Shown here: positions 13,337 through 24,900 of the stretch, in pieces | How the letters are laid out: each line of letters starts with the position of its first letter | Position numbering within the stretch: position 1 is the stretch's first letter | Assembly (NCBI GenBank): GCA_000934665.2 | Contig: KZ539043.1 | Location: 1-35,600 of the forward strand | Length of the DNA: 35,600 bases | Source: Catajapyx aquilonaris | Taxonomy: Eukaryota | Reading direction: 5' to 3' | Translations under genes and position numbers: made by a program | The notes under the pieces: model-generated | The model's input: the letters and a program-made list of their open reading frames with translations, nothing else | Database searches by the model: none | What the model was told of the DNA's origin: nothing

Positions 13337-13676
13337 TTTTCTTACGTTACCCCGTGATAAGGCTGAGCCTTTTTAGGGGGGTGGAATACCACCATTTCAC
13401 TCCATTTTCCTGTATTAACTTCATTCACCGGTGCAAGGAGTCAAGGATGTAGGGTAGGGATAGGGATTTTTGGGGAGGGAACATTGGTGCAAGTGCAATG
13501 TCGGTAAAGGGGTCATGTGCTGTTCCCCAGGAGGTTAGGTTGCCAGACACCTCCTTGGTGCAGGTCAGAGACCCTCCTGACGCAGGTGAAAGGAAAGTTC
13601 CCCAGGCGGGGATCGAACCTGGGGCCTTTCACTCAGCAAGCCGAGACGTTACCATCTCGGCCATCTACACCTCCCC
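13337..13676 (-). mobile_element. Full-length tRNA-derived SINE (family A, 340 bp)
   Basis: On the minus strand: A box TGGCCGAGATGG and B box GGTTCGATCC. Perfect 14-bp TSD ACGAAGTAACGTTC at 13323-13336 and 13677-13690. Confidence 0.92.
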
Positions 13677-14134
13677 ACGAAGTAACGTTCGGAAATATTG
13701 TCCAATGACCTGGAATTTAATCAGAAACTCCATAACTGACTTCCTGGCTTAATACTTGAGAGCAGCCAGACAATACACAAGTAAGTTATTTCCGGCCCAA
13801 TTCCATCAGGCTTATTTTATATTGCTCCGAGGTCAAGCTAGCAAGTAAGTACCCCTAAAGAATAATTGACAAACCAATGATCCCTTCGCAGATTTTTGAA
13901 AAAGGGGAACATATTCCAAGTTCTAAATATAGCTCATCAAGCCGATTGTAATGGATCGCTACCATTAACAAAATTCCCCAAACCCTCTTGTAGTAATCTT
14001 CGACGATCCTCTTTAGACATGATCGCATGGAACGAAAAAGCTGTTCTTATAGAGGAGGGGGAAAAATCGGTATCTTCGATCGGTTGCTTTAACTGCGCTC
14101 GTTATAGCAATTTGGCCACACTTGTGTGACTACA

Positions 14135-14223
14135 CAGGGTGTTTCATAATGATTCAGGCAAACTTCTCTAGTAAGTTCCTTCCTGTGGACCAACGGATTT
14201 GAATCATATAATGAAACACCCTG
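14135..14223. mobile_element. 89-bp Tc1/mariner-type MITE
   Basis: Perfect 13-bp TIR CAGGGTGTTTCAT / ATGAAACACCCTG, extended by ATGATTCA / TGAATCAT. Flanks are CA (left, probably mutated) and TA (right). Confidence 0.75.
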
Positions 14224-15035
14224 TATCCACAAAATAAAAAGAAGCTGAATACAAGGGGTTGCAGCAAGGTGAACAAACAAAGGCAAAGGGTCTGCACTTG
14301 AGCCTGTCTTCCGCCCAGGTGTCAGTGTTACTTAGTGTGGTTTGCCGAGATTTATACTCTGGGAACTAAGAGGTGGGTCTGGACCTTCTCAATTCCCAAA
14401 TGGAAAGGGAGGAAATGGACGGCCGTTGTTTGCATTAGGTGTTGAATCACTTCGGAGCCCTTCCCAACCTAATGCAAGCCGCAGCTCTAGTCCACTCTTG
14501 CGCTGGAAAGAAGATGGAGATCCAAACCAGTTTCTATCATTCAGAACCAGTTCCCTGTACATTTTCAATACCTAATTTACAACACTCCGGAGAATACATG
14601 GGAATCCTTCTCTTGGACGGGGCCAATTTTACGAGCAGGCAAATTCTATATAGCCTGGTCAAATATTGTCTTCCAGTAAATTGCAGTGTGGCTATATGCT
14701 GGATATGACATATACAGGGATGGTAGCAAAAAGTATGTAACTACAGGTAATTGAGTTGGTGTATGCTTATGCGTTGTGATTGTGGAGGAGAGTATACTGT
14801 CGAAGTCCCCATAGTTCAAGGAAAGAAGTTATGGATTGTTTACATCACCAACCAGATTAAAGGGAAGCAACAATCCTGATAAATGATCGTTACTGCCTTG
14901 TTTTTCACTTTAAAGTGGTTTCTTACAGTACACAATACATAACTTTTTCCTTGACATCCAGACTTCAGCAGTGCACTACTCTATATTAAAGAAGCTGCAA
15001 TACAACTGAAGATTGTACATTTTGTTAAATTTTGC

Positions 15036-15314
15036 GCCGAAGCAGGTTGGTGTAGTGGTTAAGGAGTCCGACGGGAGGTCCTGGGGTCGATTCCCGGGGC
15101 CGGCGATCCTGACCGTGGTTTTCTGTGGTTTTCCATGGTCCCCCCCAGGATAATTCCGTGGTCGCTTCAGTACAGTAGGCCACAGCCGCTTCCTTCCTTC
15201 CCTATATCCTTGGCTCCATCCATGTGTGAGGAAGATTTCATAAAGATTGAGTGGTAAAATGGTGGTACTCCACCCCCTAATGGAGCGCCGATTCTCCCAA
15301 TGGGGTAATATAAA
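15036..15314 (+). mobile_element. tRNA-derived SINE (family B, copy 1), tail interrupted by a Helitron
   Basis: A box TGGTGTAGTGG, B-box-like GGTCGATTCC, core TGACCGTGGTTTTCTGTGGTTT...GCCACAGCCGCTTCCTTCC shared with 17252-17542. AT-rich tail sequence resumes at 15612. Confidence 0.88.
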
Positions 15315-15611
15315 TCTATATAAATAAAGCCGTTTGTGAGTCTGTCTGTCTGTCCGCCTGCCAACCGTCATTTGCCTGCCATCTGTGCTCCACCCCCAGG
15401 CCGGGAGAGGATGGAGGTGGTGGGGGTTGACTACAGATGGCAGGCAAATGACGGTTGCCGTTATACAGGCGGGAGAGGTTGAAGGTGTTGGAGTAGCAGG
15501 ACCACAGATGGGATTGGTGGCCGGACAGAACGACAGATAGTTGACGGGGGTACTGGCAGGTGTTTTCCCTTCATTCATTTCTTCCCGGGCAACGCCGGGT
15601 GCCGCAGCTAG
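15315..15611 (+). mobile_element. Non-autonomous Helitron (297 bp)
   Basis: 5' A|TCTATATAAATAAAG followed by (TCTG)n; subterminal GC hairpin CCCGG-GCAACG-CCGGG (15584-15599); 3' CTAG|T. Inserted between A and T with no TSD. Confidence 0.88.
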
Positions 15612-17251
15612 TAATAAATATAAATAAATTATTTAAAAGATTTTTTGCAGGTGACAATTTTCTGAGCAGCTCTTCCAGTTTCTGACACAAGAAAACCCAC
15701 TGTTGAATTGGTACAGAATACAGAACACGACCACATCTCAAAATCCTCTCATGAGTTATATGATTCCAACCCATGTAAAGCCACGTTTCGTTGGTCAAAG
15801 CAATCTAGGGGCTTCACGAAGGCCAAGTAAAATGTAACAAAACGAGCTTATTGGCCCAGGCCTGAAGTTTTCCCTTATCGACTGTGCAGCCTAACAAGAA
15901 AGTTCTGATCTGAAATAAATAGCCCCGGCCGCTTCCCGGAAAAGCCCTCAGCTTCTTTTCTAAAGACTGGCGCAAAGGTTCTGCAGGCTCCCAAGCCTAA
16001 TTCTTCAAGCTTCTTCCCCGAAGCGAGTCCAATCAATCACCGGCTTGTTTGGGGAATTCGTACTAACAACCTACTAGGCCTTCTTTCTCCTTTTCTTTCG
16101 CCAAAAAAGGAAAAGGAAAGAGGGGGGGGGGAGGGAAAAGTCTGGGGCATCTCGTGGGTTGCGGCTTTCCACCAACTGGATATTATTCCACTTACTTTTT
16201 GCTAGGGTTTGTAGGAAAAGAGGGCAAAAGGGGGGTTAAAATGCAATGATTCGCTTATAGACGTGGCTAAAAAGGAATCAAAATGGAAGCATTTTTTTGC
16301 GATTTTAGACACCCATATTTCAGGAGAGATTAAAGAATTTTAAGAGCGTCTTTCACATTTTTCATTACTTTTTTAAAAAAATTTGCAGTTTTATTTCTGG
16401 TGCTTGGAACTCTTTTTCATAACTTACGTCATTTTGTAGTGTTCTTTTACTTGGCTGGCTTCGTCAAGAGTAATAAACTTGCTACTTGCGGTAAACTCAA
16501 TATGGAAGTGTTCAACTTTTAGTTGAAAATGAGTTCAGGCTACGAAGGTTTCTGGCGCCTTATACAGGTAGGCCTGCATGCATAATATCGTACTGTAGTA
16601 AATTAGGAATATAAGTTATTAATAAGGCATGTAGTAAGGTTACTTTACAGTTTCAAGTAGTAATGTGGAGACAATGATATTCACTAAAACATTCACCATT
16701 TTAGCATTATAATGTGTTAGCGACATTATTAAGTAGCTACTTTCCAACATAATTATATTTACGGTAGTTTTGGCTGATAATAATAGTATATTAGTTGAAA
16801 TAGGCGCATCTTGTAACGCACTTTGTGAGAGTACTAACTAGTATAGCATGCCAAAAATTGATTTTCACTATTGATTGCACTTTGCAGGTGTCAGTGTGTC
16901 AATTGGGTCACTTTCAATGTTTTTAAATATACATAGGGGCATGCATGAATGTATTCAGCCAGATATAAAAAGCTAGCCTAATATTTTTGAGAGCTACTAA
17001 AAGTAACTCTTCGAAATTAACTGGTAGTATTCAAATAAGAAGCCCATTGCAAAAAATTACAAACTGGAACCGGCGGACACCTCTATTGGAATTTGGAACG
17101 AATTATACAGTTGGTGCAAATAAATTACCGGTATTAAATATAAGGTATTTTATAGAGAAAAAAAGTTGTCTTTTTTCCTTCCTTGAAATAGTATTAGGTG
17201 CTCCACGCATGCGCAGGCATGACTTACCTAAGACCGATTCTATTTTCGTTT

Positions 17252-17542
17252 AACCGAAGCAGTTTGGAGTAGGGAATATGGTGTCCGACTGCTAATCGGG
17301 AGGTCCTGGGATCAAATCCCGGGGCCGGCAACTCTGACCGTGGTTTTCTGTGGTTTCCCACGGTCCTTCCAGGAAAATTCCGGAGTTGTTTCCGTAATTA
17401 ATAAGCCACAGCCGCTTCCTTCCGTCCCTATCCCATCCCAAAAGGCTTAGTAAAATGAAAGCAAAGAGTTCCAGGCAAAACAAAACTTCCCCCCTAAAGA
17501 GCCGATATAGGCTGATAACGGAGTATGAATAATTATTATTAT
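17252..17542 (+). mobile_element. Full-length tRNA-derived SINE (family B, copy 2)
   Basis: Head and core homologous to 15036-15200; (ATT)n-like tail. Perfect 16-bp TSD GATTCTATTTTCGTTT at 17236-17251 and 17543-17558. Confidence 0.92.
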
Positions 17543-19572
17543 GATTCTATTTTCGTTTCCAATTTTACTGTATATTTAAATTATGCCATTAATGCCAAAT
17601 ATCCTTACAGAAACATGCAAACTATTGCGAAAGTGAAAGGCAGTAATAGTCGCATACAGTACATTATAGCATCACAAAAAATAATCCTGCTTTTCCTATA
17701 TACGTACAAATGAACTGTGTGAATCTATCTTTAGTGACCAATTTGCATGTTTTCACTTTCAAATTTATTTTTAAAATGTCCAATAGGTGTATCTAATGAT
17801 TTTTATACCTGTAAAATTAGAATCCCCCGCCACTTAAACAAAAACATTTGCGTGAAATGTTCACAAACACTCTTGTTTTCTCGTGTGAGACGCTTTCAAA
17901 ATGTGATTTTTTTTCACTGCTCAAAACATATCCCTATGTTAAAGCGCCTTTAAATCCAGCAGCAATTTTTCGAGATAACTTTTACATCACGTTCATCCCT
18001 TCAATATTTTTCAAACACAAATCCGTATGTTTTTACCCTAGTGGCTAAAGTGAGTCAACGACCTGGTCTGGCCAAAATATGGACACCTGCATGCAATAAC
18101 ATGTCTTGAGAAAATGTCGCAAAAACAACCGTTTGCAACAGCTTTTGAACCTATATATCCTGCTAAGGTTATAGGGGTGTATCATACCAGAGAAATATTT
18201 AGGTACTATACAGTGTCTACCCATGTTATTAAATGCCAGTTCATTATGTTGACACAATAACAAGGGTAGACCTGTAGTACATCTTAATCTTACCATGGTG
18301 CAACTGGCCCTAAAAGCTTGCACTAAAGTTAACTAACAACATGAATCTCCTTAAATCCACTGCAGTCCCATTAGTATTGAATGCCACGTGTCGTATATAC
18401 AAACAACTGGCAGTATAGGTTTAATCTCCTGCTGCCCTCCAGGTTTCATTGCATCAATAAAACCTCCCGTTACCAACTTCCAATTTAACGATTGAAAATA
18501 TGAGAATGGCTCCAATTGGCTATTGGTCTCGCAGTTGAACAGGTGAGCATCCAGGATGTCGGCCATAACGACAGAGAAGTGCTGGAAGCGGAAACGTGTC
18601 CCAAATTGAAATGAGTGCGATAAAGTTGTGATTACAGTCCTAGCAGGGAAGTGGCACTACGTGGTCGCGAATAAAACAAAAATTGACCTCCAAACTGTCA
18701 AAGAGAGGAATACCATTTTCGACCAAGAATCCGTTTCTACTTTATTAGATCTACGTGTATTTCCGTACCATTCTGTTACATGTCCACCTCCATGTTACTC
18801 TGTTAGAAAACGTTGACTTTTTTTTAACGGGCGAACATTTGCAAAAGTTGGTTCCAAAATTACACCCCCATTTTTTTGAGCGCGTCTTCGCAACAGAAAT
18901 AGAGAGAAAAAAAGTCTCTGCAGTACAACTTATACCAATTTCACTTCATTGAAATAAGACTACGGCGTTTCTTTTTTACCCTCCTCTAATTAAGGCCACT
19001 TACAAAACACGCAGCCTAATTTACGTTTTAATTGCCTCTTCTTTCGAGTTTAAAAAAAAAGTCTCTGAGTAGAGTGAACTGCCTGAGAAAGTAGCCTATT
19101 AGCATAACCCTAGTCTGTGCTGAAATAAAGGCTCATTCTGTGTGATGCACGCTACTTCATCATTCCTTAGGTAGCCTAGAAGACATCACTTGCATACAGG
19201 GTGCTCCACAAACTCCCTTAAGTTTGATGACTATCTCCAAACTCCCCCCTCTCTGGTATACAAAATGTAAAAGAAAAAAAAAAATCTTACATCCAGAGCT
19301 AAGTAAACTAATATCGTGCAAGAGTACTTTCCTCGGGTGTCCTTTCCATCCACACCTTCCCTTTTTTGTGGGGGAAAGGTTCTCTCCAATCCCCATCCGC
19401 CCCGCCTTCGTGACTTGCAAAATAACTTCCCCTGAAAGCATTTCCAGTCCGGAAGAAATGGAAGACAAACAGATCCGAAGCCCCTCCCCGGCCTCTTTTC
19501 CTGCCTGGGGAGCAATGGAGTAGAAGCAGCCTTTGGTTGCCCCCCCCCTCCCTACGAACCCCCCCCCCCCCC

Positions 19573-19666
19573 NNNNNNNNNNNNNNNNNNNNNNNNNNNN
19601 NNNNNNNNNNNNNNNNNNNNNNNNNNNNNNNNNNNNNNNNNNNNNNNNNNNNNNNNNNNNNNNNNN
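19573..19666. other. Assembly gap
   Basis: Run of N flanked by poly-C on the left and poly-G on the right. Confidence 0.99.
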
Positions 19667-19942
19667 GGGGGGGGGGCTGGGATAGTGAAATTTTTATGTG
19701 CTACTCCTGTGAGAGTGATCATCTTGGAGTTAGTTCAAGTGCGGGGTTTAACTGGAGTTTTATAGTTGCTTTGTAAAAGGACGATGTGGTAGATCAACGT
19801 GTGATTGGGGGTGTAAAATTCAGTGATAATGGCGTTTTGATGTGGCTAATAGTTGCGGTTATTTCAATTCAATTCCTTCTGTGTGTCCACGATATACAGC
19901 AAGGGGGTATCCACTTCGGTACTTCGGTGTACACCTGTGAGT

Positions 19943-20387
19943 GGTACTCCCAGGTTCTCCTTAGGTATCTTACTCCTTGGTACTCCTTGGGTATCTTTTT
20001 TAATTTTTTAATTTTTAATTTTAATATTTTTTTTAATTGCCCCGTGATGGGTCGGAGCCCTTTTAGGGGGGAAGGGGAGGTTCCCGAGGGAGGGCGCTGT
20101 AATTATAGTCATTTCTGACTTTCTGAAATACACTAGACCTTTTCTCCTGGCCCTGGGCAGAGTAGGGAGTGCAATTCTGCCCCGGCATGTCGGGTGAAAG
20201 CGGAAAAAGACCCGACCAAGCAGAGGTGACGGGGACGGGATTTGAACCCCGGTCTCCCGCTTGGCTGGCCTGTGGCGTAACCACCAGACCACCATGCCTC
20301 CCCCGCTACTCCTTCGGTATCTTACTCTTTGGTACTCCCTGGTACTCCTTAGGTATCTTACTCCTTGGTACTCCTTGGTACTCCTTG
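19943..20387. repeat. GGTACTCCTT-based minisatellite, split by a SINE insertion
   Basis: Units ggtactcctt and ggtatcttactcctt recur at 19943-19997 and 20307-20387. Confidence 0.85.
19998..20306 (-). mobile_element. tRNA(Gly/Asp-like)-derived SINE (family C, copy 1)
   Basis: On the minus strand: GCATGGTGGTCTGGTGGTTA...GCGGGAGACCGGGGTTCAAATCCCG, with an A-rich tail. Probable 17-bp TSD TACTCCTT(G/C)GGTATCTT at 19981-19997 and 20307-20323, ambiguous because the site is a tandem repeat. Colinear with 26426-26715. Confidence 0.92.
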
Positions 20388-21630
20388 AAACTCCAGTGTA
20401 CACTATTCAGTCGAGTGGTTACCCCCTTGATATATAGGCCTACATAGCATCTGACTAGTGGGTCGTATTTGCAGCTTGGTTGAACAGTAGTTGTGACTTT
20501 TTCATGAGCCATGTTGTCTGTCGTGTAGGTTAAACCAGAGCACGTGTTCGTGCAGGGCGCTTTGCCCTGAAAACTATGCTTGTAATATGGCCCACTCAGT
20601 TAATTCGGCCGTCTATTGTGTAAATAATTAATGTGTTTCACAACCTGCTGTACATGCTAAAATTAACTTACCCCGAGGCGTGCCAACTGAGACTCCAAAA
20701 TTACGCGCCATTTTCACCATCCCATTCAAATCAAAAAAATATCAAAGCAGTTGTTATTTCCCCCCCCNCCTTGAAATTGCCTGTCCCAAAAGGCAATTTT
20801 CAACAGCAAAATGACTGTATATAGTTGAAAGCTAAGTGCTGGAATAAATGCACAGCACGAACTGTAATTTTACGGATGTTAACATATTAAATATTGATCT
20901 TGTCCCTACCTCCACGTGTAGCAATTACGCTCATGTGTTCCATTAATATATCCTACTTGGCCATGATTAAAATAATCCGTGTCCAATCAGGTTAATTGAC
21001 TACTTAATTTGTGCCATTCTAGCAGGTTAAGTAGTAAATTAACCCCGGTAAAAGAAATTTGGGATTTAGCCCCATTTTATTTTTCCCCACACGTAGCGTA
21101 ATTTACCAAAAAGCATGTAGTCAGCAGCATGTTAATAATGCCACCCCAGCCCTTTTCCACACACGCACTTTTCCTGCCATTGGTGTTATGCGAAGCGACG
21201 TACTTGATAAATGCCATAAGCCAAACAGTTTGCATAGTAAGCACGTGGGCGTAATATCGGGGCGGTATATTAGCTCATAATTGTCCCACTAACAAAAGAT
21301 GTAACAGTTTGTACTGCCGGTAATTAAAATCACAATGCAGTTACAGCCTTACAGCCAAAATGGACGCCTGCGGAAGAGATCGGGACACTATTGTTGTCAG
21401 AGGGCTGCCTGACACCACATTCCTGCATATGTTTCTCGTGTCATTGTTTGTTGTGATGGCTGACCATTGTTGATGCATAATAATGCACTGGTTCAGATCA
21501 TGAGCGTCACGTTATGACCTGATCCATGGGTAGCCAACGGGTGATTATAACTGACATAAATATGTGTTATGTTGCTGGTTATTCTTGTGGAGTTACAAAT
21601 TTGAAATGGGTTCAACTGGATTGAATTGTA

Positions 21631-21912
21631 CAGTGTTGGACATTAATCGCGTCATACTGCTTGCGACATTTCTGATGCGGAAGAAGTGCAAATCGAAGTG
21701 ATATAGTGTGAGCCGTGCGAGTAAGAAGAGGTAGGCCTTGAGTGACGTCGCCGGCTGGGGGGCAATGGAGAAAAGGCTTGTCCCCAGCCAGTGACTTCAC
21801 CCAAGGGCTACCATTTCTTACTCGCACGGATCGCACTCTATCACTTCGATTTGCACGTCTGCCGCATCGGAAAATGTCACTAGCAGTATGACGGAATTAA
21901 TGTCCAGCACTG
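21631..21912. mobile_element. 282-bp fold-back MITE (Tc1-like CAGTG termini)
   Basis: TA|CAGTGTTGGACATTAAT...ATTAATGTCCAGCACTG|TA. Arms of about 135 bp are roughly 85% complementary by eye, with a loop of about 12 nt near 21766-21777. Confidence 0.9.
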
Positions 21913-24900
21913 TACAGTGTAGTCTAACTCTACAGTGGCAACTCTCTTCGAAGCTTACAAGTCTAACAAATCCGTACTTGAACCACTTGCTTGGATATTC
22001 ACTCCCAGTAGACGTATAACCCTGCGGCAATCTACTAGCGACTATTAGAACTGGTGGGTTAATCACTACTCCTTTCCAGTGTCACGTCTGAGCTTTAAGG
22101 AAGCTTACCACCCAGACACCCACTTTCTCTCGCTAAACCTTTATGTCCATTCAGTCTTTGCTGTTCGGTAAATACGCAAACGTTAGTAAAAAATTACTGC
22201 GATGCGATGGTAAGAATTGGCCCCTTGTCATAAAAGAGTGCGCTGCTCTTTGACGCACAGAACTGTTCATAGGATGAACTCCTTGCTTTCTTCTGCTATT
22301 CGATCTTTGAGAATATATCTGGCCTGGAAGATTCGGCTGCTATATGTTGATTTTTTTTTCTTCCATCTTTGAACATATCTTAGAAATCACCAATATGATC
22401 ATTTCCTTCACAATGTCATCATCCAGCTTTACCTTTCGGAATCGGCATTTAAAATTTATTGTCAGTATTAAGTTTTGGTAACGCAGAAGCTATCTAACCC
22501 CGGACTCTACAGGAAGAGTCAGTCTACAATTGACCTAAAGCAAACAACTGGTAATGAGAAAGATCACGACACAAACGCTTTCGAACATCACTACCCCATA
22601 TCAGACCCTTTCGCACGTTGATTGCAAATGAGGTGGAGAGAAAGGGTATATCCACATAGCAATTCTGCTTCGACATTACTTATTCCACGTTGATGGCAAA
22701 ACACCAGAATGGTGGAGCAAGGAAGGAAAGGGGGGAAGAGGGGAGTAAAGCAGGAAGCAGAGGGGGTAAAGGGAGACGAACGAACACTGACATTAAGTCA
22801 GGTATAGACCGTAATGAAGTGAGGAGAAGCAATAAATCTGTCGCGACGCTTTTAGGAAAATTCAACCGGTTGAGATGAGAGGTGACAAGCTTGTTATAGA
22901 GCTCTGGGGGTACTCAGAAGGAGCGAGAATCCAAATTCTCCAGAAGCTGAGGCTTCTAATGGGACCAGATCTCTTAGCCAAGGATGTCCGCAGCAACTGC
23001 CTACTACGCTTTCAGACTTTTGCCCAGTAAAAAATTTTTTGGAGAGCCACTGAGAAAGTTCCCATTCCCACTTATTCCCCAATCCCACTTCTATTCCCGC
23101 CCATGCCTGCTTGCCCCCTTCCACCCTGAGGACTTTATAGACATGCACCCATTTCCCCCTCCGTCTTCCGCTTCACACTAGCAAGTTCGCTTCAGAGGCC
23201 ATTCACCTCTCAGATATACAGTTGGATATATATACCAAAAAAAAAGTGATCCAGAAAATGTTTTGAACAATATTATTGCAGGGATGGTAGAACGAGCGCA
23301 TCATCTTTCACGCTAGGTTGATTTCAGAAAGATTGAAATAAAAATTGCTGTCGGAGGTCGAAGCATGTGATATCGAGGTCGAACTGATATGTTTTTTTTG
23401 TTGTTGTTTTATCATCGCTTGTAGTTGATTTTAATAAAGGATGGGAGCTAGGACCCAATGCATGTGAATGTATAGAGTTGACAGAGTAAGCGTGGTGGGT
23501 TACAAAATGTGGAGAGGTCCTGTAAGGGTCATCTGAAAATTGATTAAGCTTAGTGGTGTCAATGGAGATTGTCACAGTGTAGGCGTTGACATTCTTTCTG
23601 TTTGTTTTTCAGCTTAGAACTATTGGATGGCGTGACTGGTGCAATTATTCAGCGGTGTGAAAAAATATTTTACATATTTTAGTGCCTATAATAGTAGATC
23701 CTATAGTTTCGATTTATTGAAAGGAAAGAAGCTGACAGAGCAAACCATACTCTCCTGACTTTTTTGGAAATGCAGTTATTCCAAATGGATAGTGCTGGAC
23801 TGATGCCTTTGAATGTAACCAGACCATGAAGGATTCCTATAAGGTAATCAAAAGTTGAGTTGTGGAGAGGACGATCCTCGAAGTTTTACGGGCATGATTC
23901 GAAATGGCCTCTAGGTTTGTCCGGTAACCTATTATTATTAGCCAAAAGTCTGAAGATTTCTTAATTTCATAATATAATTTATGTAATTCAGAGTTACAGT
24001 GCAGGCCTATTTCCCATTTTTCAAGACCAATCATTGTTCTAGAAGATTTTAACCTGGAATAACAATTAGGCCTATATATACTTGCAGAGTGACTTTTTAA
24101 TATACCGTCTGCATTACATGCCAAGAAAAGTTTCGGCGAAACTTATCCTAACGCTGTACAATCTTCAGAACTTCAGATTTAGTGTTTTTTCCTCATCTAA
24201 TTTTCACCTTGCTTAAGTGCCGATAGTTGTATAGCTCCAGGACATGTTTGTCTGAATGTTTATAGATACATACTTAATTTGTTCCATATAAAAACAAATA
24301 CGCTGTTACTATTCAATTATGAATCTGAGGTGACCTCATCGAAGAATAACTTATGCCTGGATACTAACAAAGCAATGATTCTGTCATGTCGCAGTACAAG
24401 CCTCTATAGTCTATAGAAGCGCTCTCTATCAGGATGAGAAATAAGTTTAAATGACACACTAAAAGCACATCAAACGAAACCCAGCTGTCAACAGCACACC
24501 ACTTGGTTGCAAAAACAGATAGAATCGGGTAAAATTTGTCAATGCCCCATCTACACACTGACCGAATATTTCGCGTTTCAAGTGACGATAATATTGGACG
24601 CAACGTTGACCCCTTCCCGAGCAGAAACGTGACCGAAATGGAGACAACGCTATCGAAGCAACGAGACCTAATCCAACGCTGTTGTAGTATTCTCTGCCTT
24701 ATTCCTTTGGGTACGCTAATTGTATGAATGGTTTTCGTGTTATCCTATTTACTGGAATCGTCGAATTTGAGGGTGGGTATGTGGGTCCAGCACTATAATC
24801 GACAGGTGCTTTTTTCACATAATTACTGGAAAACAACATTGTTCCCCTGTGAAATATAAGAGAGTGGCTAACATGTGTGCTTTGTTGTTGAAAAGTTGTC

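Larger units (their letters stand above)
19897..20432. mobile_element. TA-flanked TIR element with an internal minisatellite, interrupted by a SINE
   Basis: CAAGGGGGTATCCACT (19900-19915) and AGTGGTTACCCCCTTG (20414-20429) are 15/16 inverted-complementary. TA sits symmetrically at 19895-96 and 20433-34, and GTGTACAC occurs near both ends. Confidence 0.65.

Noticed and set aside
14976..15578. 200-aa ORF on the minus strand
   Set aside because: It runs antisense across the Helitron and SINE and is a by-product of their composition.
19943..20387. Regular short repeats as a possible CRISPR array
   Set aside because: Units are contiguous 10-15 bp with no unique spacers, there are no cas genes, and the context is eukaryotic.
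23837..24124. ORF with W..NSELHKLY, reminiscent of the RTE LINE ORF2 C-terminus
   Set aside because: Only a few residues match and the flanking motifs are absent; a tBLASTn/HMM search would be needed.
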